Notes under the pieces: generated by a model
The model's input: the letters and a program-made list of their open reading frames with translations, nothing else
What the model was told of the DNA's origin: nothing
Database searches by the model: none
Made by a program: the position numbers and the translations under genes
Shown here: positions 20,935-32,700 of the stretch, piece after piece
Position numbering within the stretch: the first letter of the stretch is position 1
How the letters are laid out: each line of letters opens with the position of its first letter
Sequence record: SRR20825019_1774
Reading direction: 5' to 3' (one strand)
DNA: 39,139 nucleotides

Positions 20935-23900
20935 ATGTCTCAGATAGCGAAGCTCCGCTCCACTGAACTTGAGTTCGAAGGACATTTCTTCCCTCTGCGC
21001 GATGGTACGTTGTAGGTGTTCACAACAGTAACAGTGTTTTAAAGAGATTCACAGGAATCAAGAATGCCGACCAAAGTTGTTTTATTTCTTTGCATGAGAA
21101 GTGCAGCCAATCGTTGGAGTTCTGTAGATTGTTTGCGCAACCAAAGTATAGAGGTCTAGAAATCATCGGTGATATCCTCTATGTGTGGTGAGTTTGCTGG
21201 TACTTTTAAAGGACTCTAGAACATTTGCTCATGGGGGTGCGGCCAGTGGTCAGATTGCTCTTGAGGAGCCTGAACCCGATCCTGGGGAGGCGAGGCTATC
21301 CAGGCGTGAAAAGTACACCCAAAGGTTCGTTGACGGACACGGCTAACAAGCTGGAGTTCTAATAGTTCTATAAATAGAAATATGAGTTTGCGTGATGCAT
21401 TCAAGCCGACTGGCCCTTCACGCAAGTATTTCAACTCTTCAACCTGGCGTTCTTCAACTGGTAGTATAGTAAGGCGCACTAGCATGTCGGGTTTATGGGG
21501 AAGTCAAATAGGGGAGTCAACTCATGGGTCCGTACTTGGGGTAACAGCGGATGACTCAGGGCAAGACTATCATGTCGATATATGGGTATGCTGAGAATAA
21601 GGCCAGTACGAAATCTACTAAACCAACACTTTTTCATTTTCTTGTTTTCAGAAACATGAAGGCCTGTCGTATCCACGAGTTCTCGATGAGGTTCACTGGT
21701 GTGTGTCGATTCTGACGTACATTATGCGCGTCAATAGCGCTCGAGACTCGGCCCTTGCGAGGTCACCACATGGTGAGTGAAGTCTAAGTAACATCATGAT
21801 TGGATACTGACTTTCTTTGCAGCTTTGGACGGTATTGGCATGGCTCTGCGATTAAGTGACCCAAGAATTAAGCGGGCAGCACTGCGATGCTTCGTTGTTG
21901 CGGGCAGAGATCACCAGAACATTCAGCCCATGTGCAAGGTAATGTTCTGTCATTACTTCCACAGATCCTTCAGCATTTAATAAGGACCTGCTGGCATATC
22001 TGATACATGAATGTCACAGAATGGTGGTCTTGACAGCATTGTCGATGCTTCCTGCGCGGACGATGCAGATATGTGCCTCTTGGGAATCAAGGCACTGGGA
22101 GTCTTGGCGAGGTTGGGATCTTATCAAAGTGAGCTTGTCGCCAAAATGGATCTGTCAAGTGTTGTAGCAATGTGCGAAGCACCAATCGGTAACTAACATC
22201 AATTATCCGCCATTTCCACACTGAAGTTTTTCTTCGTCTTACAGAGGAGGAACAAGAAAGCAAGGTTGATCACGATATCCGATGTGCGTCCGTCGTTTTC
22301 ATGTCAAGGGTCATCAAGGAGAATCCCATGCACACACAAGAAATGGCCGACTCCAAGCTAGTTCTAGAGTCCATTCTTTCGTTGATTAATGTCAACTTAG
22401 ATGGCGAGACAGTGGAAGCTGCACTCTCCTCGTTGGCTGATCTAGCTTGTATAGAAGGTACGTGCATACGGATGTCATCGATGCTCTCCCTGATCTGGGA
22501 TCGATGATCCAGGATTCGATGAGAAATTCGATGATATTACAAGAAGCTCCGCAGATCGAAGCGAATTCTTTGCCCAATTGATAGGAATAATTCGACTGTG
22601 CAGTGGCATCGAGGCAGAAGAAACACATGGAACGAGCGATCTTTCGCAGGTAGGATGCCGAGTGGATAAAGTAGGGTGAAAGGTTATCGCAAAAAGTTGA
22701 TTCATAACTGAATAGTGGGGAGGCGCGTTTCGATCTTTCTTTGGGTTAGCACAGGGATCAGACACTTTTCCAATTATATCTGGGTGCCTTCGAGTCCTTG
22801 GAACGCTGACAATGCCCGAAAACCATCACTCTGACTTCTTCCGCCGTAATGCCTTATGTTTAGTCAATGCCAAGGCGATGCGGTCAAGTTTCTCAGAGAT
22901 TTTGGCATGTGTATATGATCTGGACTCTGAAATATCACGGCTAGCGGTGAGTTCCCTTTGCATGTGAACCCTGTGAACAGCTCATATGACTGTTTAAAGG
23001 ACGGAACTAACAGCGTCGCTTCAGATTGCTGTTATCCATAACTGCGCCGTGTTGTGCCCCCTCCATCTTCTGGCCTACAGTTCCGATTTTTCGTCTTTCT
23101 CCCTGAAACGCATAGACCTTCACGAATTGTTGACTCATTCCCCGGTCTTTGCGCTTTCGTATGCGATTCTGCGAGGGTAAGTGATTGGCGATGAGGGCTT
23201 TAATCGGTGGTTTTAGCCTTAAAGCGTACACATCATCCCATATCTAACAAGTGATCATACTAGTCTAGAAGACGATGTGCGCTTAAAGGTTGGAATTCTC
23301 GCGATGGGCATACTAGCAAAATATATAGACGGTCAACAGCAAATAAGAGATGTGTTCATATGCACAGGTACCGCTCACCGCCAACACAATACAGAAGAGC
23401 GGGGAATGCGTTTCTAATTATATTTGTTGACCAAGCAGGATCTGGTGGGCCAGCAAGAAAATACATCAAAAGCCATGATCCTCGATATAAGACTGACTCA
23501 ACAGGGCGATCTTCAAACAGAGAGTGGTTCGCCCAGCAAATGAGAACAACTGGTGACGACTTTTCGTTAGTTAAAGTTATTGTCTCCTTTCTATCTCTGG
23601 ATCAAGAGACGATGCCGGGAGCAAGCATATCGATGGAAATGAGAACATCAATGTTAAGCTTGTGCGCGGCATTAGCTAGCTACGAGGTATGATCCATTTT
23701 CGATATTTCGATCGACCCTAGAGTTTTGGTTGTTGGACATTCAATTCATTGCACCCTCATTGTGTATATTTTCTTGAAGCACTTGAGAAGTTTCATGCTC
23801 AATTGTTCCTCAGGTTCTGTACATTGAGCACCTTTTGTTGAAGGATCAACTTCGTTCTAGATCCCTAACCGTTTCCAAGGAAAATGAATTATACAGCCGC

Positions 23901-24490
23901 GACGCTCTTGCAAAGCTCCTCCGAGATGAATGCATGCACATGGATGACCAATTCTACAATGATACTATAATGACGCAATTCTCGACTGCCCTTCCTTACG
24001 GTACATCTAAAATGACAGTAGTCCGCAGCCAACTCGATGTTTTTGAAGGATCAGATATTCCTCGAGGTATAGGATATCATGCACAATATTATTTGCCAAC
24101 GATGTATTGCGATTTTATGAATTTAACTCCTCTGACAGAAACACTACAAGACGAATCTATTGGTAGCAATCCCCTGTTAAAAACGGGCACTCTAAAGGGC
24201 ATTTTAGTATGTTTATCTACACTGGGGGATTCTTCACTATCGAGGATACGGAATCCACAGAGTAAGATTTGAGGAGACATGTTAGCCCTGATTCACTAAG
24301 ATAATCGCGTACAGCGCGGAAGGCAGGATTATCCATGAGAGCAAGCGGACTTCACTACTTGGCGATGGCGTGTCACCTTAGTCCCAGTGTGTGCAGATCG
24401 CTAGGAGCAAACCCTGTGCTGTACACTGCCGTAATTGATTACATGCAACGTTGTGGAATGGACGAAGCAGTAATAAATCGCCACCTATGA
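20935..24490 (+). CDS. Multi-exon uncharacterised helical/armadillo-like repeat protein
   Basis: Chain of short exons bounded by GT..CTRAY..YAG introns. Segments such as GGLDSIVDASCADDADMCLLGIKALGVLARL and VLESILSLINVNLDGETVEAALSSLADLA resemble ARM repeats. Some junctions are unresolved and the gene may extend toward ~24830. Confidence 0.6.
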
Positions 24491-24918
24491 AGAGTATAGC
24501 ACAGTCATCATCTGTGAGTTTCCTTGACCCCCTTAGTTAGTATCTGTAAACACTATTCCTTCAATTATGGCACTGCTTTTCGGTTTAATAATTAATTTCT
24601 TGGTATATGGTCTGTGAAGTAAGCATGCGTGTTGTTAACAGTGTGAACAATGTCGTTGCATTAAAACGAATGTGAGTCTACCTACATGGACTAATGCACA
24701 TGAGAGAAATGTATTCCCCGCTATGGATGGGACTCTACTATTTCACTGACGCTGCAACTATAATGACATGTCAGGGTGTCGTTTACTGTAGATACGCTTC
24801 AACACAGTTGAGGCGAACTTAAGCACAAGCTAGATCAGTGCACATAACAGGAAGACATTTCAACTATTTCATGTTCCTGTTACTCCCTGTGAAACACCAC
24901 AGGAATCCCCGGGAATAT

Positions 24919-26058
24919 TCACATAATATCACGGGTCTGTTCCCACACAGTGAGGGCGTTGTCTACAGCCTGGTCCATGTTGAAGTATTTGTACGAGGCA
25001 AGTCGACCAACAAAGATCACATCACTCTCCTGTTCGGCATACTGCCTGTACTTCTCATATAATGCCTTGTTTGCGTCATTGGGAACAGGGTAGTAAGGGT
25101 CACCGTCGCTCGTGGTTGTTTCAACTGATATCACCGTGTGATCGGATTTCTGATTCAGGAAGTGTTTGTATTCCACGATACGAGTGAACTCCACCTCAGA
25201 GCCGGGGTAGTTTACAACAGAATTCTCTTGGAAGTACTCTTTGTTCATGAAGGTGTCCCACTTGAAGTTGATGGATCGATACTCAAGCTTCGGGAGACCC
25301 TTATCCGCAAAATATTTATCGATAGGACCGGTGAAGTAGATCTTATTACACTTAAGTTTCGAACGTACAGCAAAAAAGTCTACACTGGTGACAACTGTAA
25401 TATTGGGATGGTTAAGCATGTTCTCAAATATCCTAGTGTAGCCATTTGTAGGCAACGCTTGATGCTTGTCACCAAAATATCTGTCATCGAAATTGTTACG
25501 AACTGGAATGCGCTCAAGAACGCTGGCATCCAATTCACGAGGATGCTTGTCCCATTGCTTAATTGTGTACGTTTCGAAAATCAATTTGAAGAGAGTCTCT
25601 CCAACGCGCGCTTTGGCAGCCTCTTCGCCGTTCTTCGCTGCGCCTCCTTCGGGCTTGACTTGATTGGTCGATAGCCACTCGTTCATTTGCTCTTCATTTT
25701 CAATGTTGAGATCGAATAGCTTATTCACGGTGGTGATATTGACAGGTACTGGAACCAGCTTCCCTTCAACCTTTCCAACAACCTTGTGCTCATATGGCGT
25801 CCACTCCGTGAACTGTTGCAAATACTCCCACACTTTGTCGATATTGGTGTGGAACAAGTGAGCCCCATATTTTGACACGCGAATGCCAGTGGTTTCATCG
25901 ATATGATCATAACAGTTACCTCCTATGTGGTCCCGGGACTCTAGCACTAGAACGCGTTTACCATCGATGTTGGCGCTCCTTTCAGCGATGACACTCCCGG
26001 AGAGACCAGCCCCAACGCACACAACGTCATAGTCTTCGTACAGCTTCGGATTGTCCAT
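24919..26058 (-). CDS. glf: UDP-galactopyranose mutase, prokaryote-type, intronless, 379 aa
   Basis: FAD motif VGAGLSG, HIGGNCYD, YGAHLFHT, YTIKQW, RIPVR, YTGPID-like FTGPID, LEYRS, TRIVEYKHF, PYYPV, GRLASYKYFNMDQAV. Confidence 0.95.
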   Translation of the reverse strand: MDNPKLYEDYDVVCVGAGLSGSVIAERSANIDGKRVLVLESRDHIGGNCYDHIDETTGIRVSKYGAHLFHTNIDKVWEYLQQFTEWTPYEHKVVGKVEGKLVPVPVNITTVNKLFDLNIENEEQMNEWLSTNQVKPEGGAAKNGEEAAKARVGETLFKLIFETYTIKQWDKHPRELDASVLERIPVRNNFDDRYFGDKHQALPTNGYTRIFENMLNHPNITVVTSVDFFAVRSKLKCNKIYFTGPIDKYFADKGLPKLEYRSINFKWDTFMNKEYFQENSVVNYPGSEVEFTRIVEYKHFLNQKSDHTVISVETTTSDGDPYYPVPNDANKALYEKYRQYAEQESDVIFVGRLASYKYFNMDQAVDNALTVWEQTRDIM

Positions 26059-27103
26059 TTACTTGACTGAGTGTCTAGTATATCTATTACGAATATCCTG
26101 GTGGGTTCGATATTTTTGTAGAGTACGCTGGTTGTTCGATAGTCCTGTCGGCGACGAACTGAACGCTGGAACGAACTGAGCGTCGCAAGCACTCATCAGG
26201 CTGTCGCGTTCCATGGCGGTGCGTGGGCATGGCCGAAGCGCCACTGGCAGCGTCCCCTCCGCATTGTGGTCTGACCGGCGTAGTTTGTGCCTGGCACCGG
26301 CCGATGCCAACTTGAAGCTCCCCGGTCACTCACTTGAAGCCTGACACGAGAGTAGCGGGGTGCCTCGGTCGGCCACGGACCGGACTCGTCTCGTTGAGGC
26401 GGTGGATTGCCTCACAGCCAGTGATGACCAGTCTGTTGCCGCGGCTATGGGCTTGCCGGACCCGGTATGTCCGAGGTCCCGACTGAGACCGTCACTCGCC
26501 TCACGTGGCAGTGGTGCTTGGGGGCGCCCGTACTACACGCGTCACGTCACGATCGCAGCGCAGTAGGACCATCCCGGGACAGCCGCCCCCCGCCTCATCA
26601 AACATCATCAAGGCCGCCGCGTCGCCACCATATGAAGCGCGAATGTGGAGAATCGATATCCGATGATATCTAATTAAACCGTTGATGGTTCCTTGCGCCC
26701 TCGAAACAAAGGCCGTGGATTCGGATTCCCGCACTCTCATGGCGCTTCATCGACAGGAGGTGGCGGGCGTGCCATCTTCCCCGGGGGTCGGCGCCACGTC
26801 GGGTTGTCTCACCCGCTGCCGGGCAGGCCACTGGGGCGGCCAGGGGCCGGGCGGCCGCGGCCGTTCAGGGGCGGCCACCGGGCCGGTCACCACGGGGAGG
26901 ATCTGATTGGATCCTCGTCACGAGCCCAGTGGCGCGGCGCGACCCAGTCCGGTGGGACCGACCGTCGAGTCGCCCTGACCCTGATGGTTTGCTGAGGCGC
27001 GGTTAAACCAAGTCACATCATGGGTTGATATATATTCTGCTCTTCTTCGTTGTCCAGTGAACAGGGTCTTGGACAACGCCCGTAAAAGGCACCAGCGTCA
27101 GCC

Positions 27104-28468
27104 ATGGCGTCGGCGTTCGGTCTTTTGAAGGCCGGTGGTGCGGACACCAAACACTATGATGTCCTGGGGGTACCAAAGACTGCCACAATAGACGAAATCA
27201 AGAAGGCTTACCGGAAGATGGCATTGAAGTACCATCCCGATAAGAATATGGATCCCGAGGCGGGAGACAAGTTCAAGGACGTGACTATTGCCCACGAAAT
27301 CCTCACCGACGAAAAGAAAAGACATATATATGACAAATACGGAGATGAGGGTCTGAAAATCTTGGAAGGGGGTCAAGTTTTTGCTGGACTAGATGAAATG
27401 ATTGCCATCATAACGAGTCCAGTGCTCTTTGCAACCTTTTTTTGTTGCATATTTTTTGGACTGCTTCCATTGACAATACTTTTCCCCTTGTTGCTGATTT
27501 TGAAACTTGATGGAGTTATGGGCAACGTTAGTTGGGGAGTTGTTTTTTTGCCGGTTTGGTTTTTCAATATTCTTTGGATGCTATACATTTTTTGCATTCC
27601 GATTCTTGCACTCCAAATCGAGAAGTTAGGATTAAGGATTTTGAACGCGGTTCGAAAGGGGGTAGAGTTTTTCTTTTTCATGGTTTTTGAGATCCTATTC
27701 GTAATATGGCTGGACGGAACCGTTTCATCAATGAAGTTTGTGTACGTGTACATACCTCTATTCTTTTATGAGATGATTCGATTGATGGTGAATTGTGGGG
27801 CGGTTTATCCTATCATAGCCGCCCGGGAAGAAGGTCAATTTGTGTTGAAGTTATGCAATTACTTTTTGACGAAGCATTTGCACTGGATTCTTCGGAATGT
27901 CTTCTTCATTTTGATGGTGATACGCTTGGATGTGGCAAGGTTTTCCTGGTTTGTGGTGTTCATACCTGTAATGTTCGGGGGATTGCTATGGGCTTGCAAC
28001 CAGTTCCTGAGGATGTGCATCAACCCTCCTGCCGAGGAAGGTGAAGAAAATTTCAGAAAATGTGAGATGGCAAGCCTAGCAGGATGCCTGTTCTTTATTT
28101 TGGTCATACCTTTTGAGATGACTGTATTACTCTTTGCGGGATACTTGGATTTTAGAGAATATTCGTCTGCGATATTCTTTATCCCCTTATTCCTTTTGGT
28201 TATTCTTGGGTTCTTTGTTTGTATATTTGCATGCTGCGGGAGCGGAGTTTGTTGCTGCTTTGCTGTCCGATCGTTCCAAAAGGAGGCAGATCGCGCAGCA
28301 CAGGAAGGTGCTGGGGAGGGAAGTGATGTTGATCCAAATTATAGTGACATTGAGACGGATGCGTGCATCCCGCATTCAGCTGAAGAACGAGGTATTGATC
28401 GAAAGGCACAAAATGCCATTCTCAAGGCCATACCTCTTACACTGGATGCTGATATGATAGATTATTGA
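27104..28468 (+). CDS. J-domain protein fused to a polytopic TMEM185/Tmemb_185A-like membrane region, intronless
   Basis: HYDVLGV...[18 protein letters not shown]-domain with HPD. About 8 hydrophobic helices with repeated [10 protein letters not shown] / FVYVYIPLF / SWFVVFIPV / SAIFFIPLF motifs. Cys-rich segment after the last helix. Confidence 0.85.
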   Translation: MASAFGLLKAGGADTKHYDVLGVPKTATIDEIKKAYRKMALKYHPDKNMDPEAGDKFKDVTIAHEILTDEKKRHIYDKYGDEGLKILEGGQVFAGLDEMIAIITSPVLFATFFCCIFFGLLPLTILFPLLLILKLDGVMGNVSWGVVFLPVWFFNILWMLYIFCIPILALQIEKLGLRILNAVRKGVEFFFFMVFEILFVIWLDGTVSSMKFVYVYIPLFFYEMIRLMVNCGAVYPIIAAREEGQFVLKLCNYFLTKHLHWILRNVFFILMVIRLDVARFSWFVVFIPVMFGGLLWACNQFLRMCINPPAEEGEENFRKCEMASLAGCLFFILVIPFEMTVLLFAGYLDFREYSSAIFFIPLFLLVILGFFVCIFACCGSGVCCCFAVRSFQKEADRAAQEGAGEGSDVDPNYSDIETDACIPHSAEERGIDRKAQNAILKAIPLTLDADMIDY

Positions 28469-28542
28469 TAACTTTTTAAAGTTGATTCCCCATGGTGAGG
28501 TGATGTGTTTTACTACTCATTGCATTCTACTACCAATCCTAT

Positions 28543-29655
28543 TTATCTCTTTAGTTGCCTTCTTTGCTGTTCAATTTGTATCCGAATCCGTATTGACCGA
28601 AGTGTTAAACCGCAAATCGTACTGATAAACCCAGCGAGTCCAACCAACCAGTTCGGAAGGGGGTATCTGGGATGGGCAAAATGAAAAGCAAGAATACTAT
28701 CCGTCAAATTTGCAATAGTTTTCAGGGTCCAAACACGACGGGCCAGACGGAAGCGGCGAGACCCTAGTAGACACGTCAGTATCCTTACCAGCCGGGTGAT
28801 TGCTCATCCTGTCATACCTTGGCGGGCCTTTCTCTGAATATCTAGCCCCAGCTCCTCGGTAAAGCAGTCACCCAGGTCATCATCACATTCCTTCCTTATT
28901 TGAGAATATTTTGCCCTACGCACGTGTAAGAACCTTCATAGCCTTTCCTATTACGTAAACATACTGGGCCTTTTTATACCGATACCGATCAAGGATCAAG
29001 TCCAGTACAATGTAGACTCCCCACAAGTAACAACTGCCCCGCGACACCGCGTACGCACTTGATTGAGACAAGGGAAGCAGTCCCATCACATCGGCAGCAC
29101 AATACGTGTTGTCCATAGGGTAGTAAGCAAACATGAGGGCATTCTGCCAAGTAGATATCGTTCTGGTACCCCTGTTATTCACAATAGAGTTCCAGCGACC
29201 CAAAACATACCTTTCGAACTGGTCTTCGCACTTCAGTGCGGTAAGCATACCCTCCACAGTCTCTGGAATGCCAACAAGTCGAAGCATTGTCCTTGCGTTC
29301 ACCAGGGATGTGATGCCTTTCGTAAGGTGTGTATTCAGACCCTTCGGAGCCCCAGCAGCCTTGAGAATCTCGACAGCAATTAATGCCCCATACCCGCACA
29401 CACGGAAACCCGAGTCTATGCCGCTTCTAGTATTCAAGATTTGCATAGCAGTCTGTGCGAGTACTAGAGTCAGTTTTTATGCAATCTCCCAGCACACAGG
29501 CAGACCTCAAGTGTGGCTTGAGGCAGCTTTGCTAGTCTTGATCGTTTTTCTGCATCCGAGCTGGAAGGATTCCTGCCACTCGACCCGGATGCTGCTCCAC
29601 CCTTCGCTATTTTCTCATAACCAAACGGGACAGGGGAAGGCCTTGCGCTCACCAT
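28543..29655 (-). CDS. PEX11: Peroxisomal biogenesis factor 11 family protein, 4 exons
   Basis: Spliced product ...LNTRSGIDSGFRVCGYG...SLVNARTMLRLVG...YYPMDN...SRGSCYLWGVYIVLDL...NLTDSILAFHF...LPNWLVGLAGFISTICG matches the PEX11 layout. Stop TAA 28543-28545. Confidence 0.75.
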
Positions 29656-30771
29656 ACCTGTGCACGTTTGTCACGGTTGATTTTTCGGCTTTATATATGG
29701 CAAGGTGCAGAAAACTCCGAGAGTGGCCTGACTTTTGTTCATCGACCCACAAGCCCAGCAGCCTGAACCGTCGTACTTCCGAGTCAAAATGGCTCTTGCC
29801 TGGTCCCTCTAGCCTCGGCCGGCAGTTCGTCTCCGGCGGCTGGCGGAGTGAGACATGCGTCATCGCCCACTGAACAGTGTTTGTCGTCGCGGTCCCCGGT
29901 CAGTTTGGCAGGGTGGTGGGTGGCTGGATGCCAGGAGTGCACCGCAACTACACTCGTTTCACTCTTGGTAGGCCGCCTCACTCCAGTCACCGCCCTCACA
30001 GGGCTTGCTGGCCCGGCTCGCCAGTCAGTCAGTCCTTGGTCCCGCACCGGCACTGTGGGGCCCACCGGGGCCGGGCCATCAGCCGGGGCCGGCACCGGTC
30101 GCGAGGCGCCGCCGCGGGCCGCGCGCGCCGGGTGCGCCCCGGCGGCGGGCGGGCGGCCCGGGCCGTGGCACCTGACCGGCACTGGCACGCCCGCGCGCGG
30201 GCCGGCCTCGCACTGGGCCCGCCGGCGGGCCCAAGGCCCGGGCCGCGCCGCAGGGCCGCCGGCCGGGCCAGTGGTGCCGGGCCGGCGGCCGCGGCCGGCG
30301 GGTCGAGCGTTATCTCCTTCCGATCTCGATCTCGAGATTGAGTGTCCGTTGCTCAGCAACGCCTGAGTGTCACCCGGCAAGGCCGGGAGGATCACCCTGC
30401 TCACAGCGGCCGCGGGGCGCGCCGCTCAGCCGGCGCCGGCGATCACTCGGCACCCGCGCGCTGCGAAATCCTCGACTCGGAGGCGGCTCCGGGCAACCAA
30501 CACTGAGTGGGCCGCGCGTCACGCCACCGGCCCGGGAGTAGGGCGGCGATGCGTTGCCGGGGGAGTTCGCGTCGCCGATCGTCCCACCCGGCGGCCGAAG
30601 GAGGCCGCCGCGGGGCCCGGCCCGTTCGTTCAAGGGTGGTCTGGATCGGGGCCGTGTCACGACCAGTGAAGGGATCACCGCCTTAGTCTAGTGTCTACTA
30701 CTCTGCATGCCCTGTCAGACATGTATCATTATATATTCTGGATTTTGAGGTGTACTAGTGCCTTAAGGGTC
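29656..30771. promoter_or_regulatory. Extremely GC-rich divergent island (PEX11 / MORN gene)
   Basis: 30060-30300 is almost entirely G/C. Short core at 30305-30360 with GATCTC repeats and the palindrome GTTGCTCAGCAAC. Second GC block 30370-30660. Confidence 0.6.
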
Positions 30772-32568
30772 ATGACACCTGCAAGTCTTGCGCGAAGTCA
30801 AAAACTACCGGAGCGGAGGGACAATGGACCCGTCACCGTAAGTACTGCAGATGGTAGGAAATACAAGGGCACCGTGAATAAGTCTGGTGCATTTCATGGT
30901 AAAGGCACTCTGACTTATAGCGAGAACGAGAGGTATGAAGGCGAGTTCAAGAACGGGTTGCGTCATGGTACTGGCACTCTCACCATTGTCGGGGAGGAAA
31001 ACAAGGAAGGAAAATACGTTGGAGACTTCTCAATGGATGCTGCTAGTGGGAAGGGCGTTTGCTTCTGCCCAGATGGGACAAAGTTTGAAGGAAACGTCGA
31101 TAATAATGCGTTTAACGGACAGGGTTCTGTGTCATATCCTTCCGGAAGCGAGTATATCGGGCAATTTTCACAGGGATTAAAGTGTGGTCATGGCAAGTTT
31201 ACTGGGGCCAATAGCGAAGTCTACAGTGGACAGTACTATGACGGTAGGAAAAGCGGAATAGGGACATTGTATTTGCCTTCCGGGGATGTATATGAAGGAC
31301 AATGGCACTCTGGATACCAAGTCGGGATGGGGACATTGACATACTCGGATGGGTGCAAGTATCACGGGGAGTTTAGAAACGGCGCCATGCACGGTGAGGG
31401 AACATACACCTTCACTAATGGAGAAAAGTATACTGGAGAATGGAGGAATGGCGAAATGGCCGGCCAGGGAAAGTATATGCATAATGGAAATGAAAAATAT
31501 TTTGGACATTTCAGAGAGAATGCTAGAAATGGTGATGGAGAGTATACATTCGCAAGCGGCGCTACATACACGGGTCAATGGAGGCAAGGGAAAATATCTG
31601 GGCAGGGTGTGTTCAGAACAAATCGGAAGCCAAAACAAGGCAACGACGTTTCCGATACCATAACACGAAATGCTGCTGTAACCGAATATGAGGGGGAATG
31701 GCTCGAAGGTCGTCTTTGTGGCCGAGCTCAGATATTGTTTGGCAACAGAACTTCTCTTGCAGGGACCTTCTTGGAGGGGCGACCATCCGGTATCGTAGAG
31801 ATGTCGTTTAGAAACGGAGATAAATTCGTGGGAGAGATGAGCCCGATGCAGGCGTGGCTTTATGGGCGTTATGAGTACAACAATGGCAGTCGTTTTGATG
31901 GATGCTTGAAAGGTGGTCGGCCTCATGGCTATGGGACGTTAACCAACGCTTGCGGCGATGTGTTCACTGGTGAATTTAAGAATGGAGATAAGGAAGGACG
32001 CGGTGAGATGATCTATGCGAATGGTGCATCCTATAGTGGACAATGGAAGTCTGGTTTGTATGACGGATCCGGCGTATTCACATTCCCAGATCGCGTTAGT
32101 GCAAGCACCACGGATGACTCGGTTCATCCATCGGAGATAGGACCAGATGTATACGACGGCCAGTGGGCAGGGAGCAAGAAACATGGTTATGGGACATACA
32201 CCTTCAATCGCACTGACGGAACGACCGAGCGATACGAGGGATACTGGGAGAATGACGCCATGCATGGAGAGGGTCTGTACATCTATAGTGACAAAGGGTC
32301 GCTTCGCGGTAAGTGGGTTTACGGCGAAAAACACGGGACCGCTGTGTACACAACACCCAAGAATGTTCAGTATCAAGAACTGTGGAAGAATGGCAGTCGC
32401 GTCAAGGCCGTCAAGATGGAAACCCCTGTGAATGTTTCACCACCGGAGCCCCCTGTTCCAGGAGCGGAAAAGCCATCACCACGTGCATCTACTGCGCCAA
32501 CTAAGGGTCACGATAGCGAGAGTCTACCGTCAGCGAGGAGAAGGCATCATCAACGGAAGAAGAGCTAA
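30772..32568 (+). CDS. MORN-repeat protein (roughly 20 repeats), intronless, no catalytic domain seen
   Basis: Repeated YEGEFKNGLRHGTG / YTGEWRNGEMAGQG / YEGYWENDAMHGEG units. ATG 30772 chosen within ORF 30691-32568. Confidence 0.9.
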   Translation: MTPASLARSQKLPERRDNGPVTVSTADGRKYKGTVNKSGAFHGKGTLTYSENERYEGEFKNGLRHGTGTLTIVGEENKEGKYVGDFSMDAASGKGVCFCPDGTKFEGNVDNNAFNGQGSVSYPSGSEYIGQFSQGLKCGHGKFTGANSEVYSGQYYDGRKSGIGTLYLPSGDVYEGQWHSGYQVGMGTLTYSDGCKYHGEFRNGAMHGEGTYTFTNGEKYTGEWRNGEMAGQGKYMHNGNEKYFGHFRENARNGDGEYTFASGATYTGQWRQGKISGQGVFRTNRKPKQGNDVSDTITRNAAVTEYEGEWLEGRLCGRAQILFGNRTSLAGTFLEGRPSGIVEMSFRNGDKFVGEMSPMQAWLYGRYEYNNGSRFDGCLKGGRPHGYGTLTNACGDVFTGEFKNGDKEGRGEMIYANGASYSGQWKSGLYDGSGVFTFPDRVSASTTDDSVHPSEIGPDVYDGQWAGSKKHGYGTYTFNRTDGTTERYEGYWENDAMHGEGLYIYSDKGSLRGKWVYGEKHGTAVYTTPKNVQYQELWKNGSRVKAVKMETPVNVSPPEPPVPGAEKPSPRASTAPTKGHDSESLPSARRRHHQRKKS

Positions 32569-32700
32569 GTGTTATGACATGGCAGGGTCTCAAGTGTCTT
32601 CCTCGAAGAGTCGAAGTGCGGGATATGCTCTTATCTCGAATACCTAGTAATATACAAAGGAGAAAACTTCAAAAACAATAGAGTCGCAGTGTCAGTAGGT

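Noticed and set aside
21185-21225. Possible TGA recoding (selenocysteine or alternative code) at an ARM-gene exon junction
   Set aside because: TGA, TAA and TAG all serve as stops in confident genes here, alternative donors and acceptors restore the frame, and no SECIS was seen.
12901-29655. Thiolase plus PEX11 as a peroxisomal beta-oxidation cluster
   Set aside because: They are 14 kb apart with unrelated genes between, and the thiolase is mitochondrial ACAA2-type without an evident PTS.
29784-30678. Several overlapping 100-200 aa Ala/Gly/Pro/Arg-rich ORFs (similar ones at 2710-3542, 12291-12833, 20160-20871, 26360-26995, 38745-39057)
   Set aside because: Expected from stop-codon scarcity in very GC-rich islands. 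They are open in several frames at once and contain no domain motifs.
30840-32400. Periodic sequence as a CRISPR array or DNA tandem repeat
   Set aside because: The periodicity is protein-level MORN repeats with no conserved nucleotide repeat.
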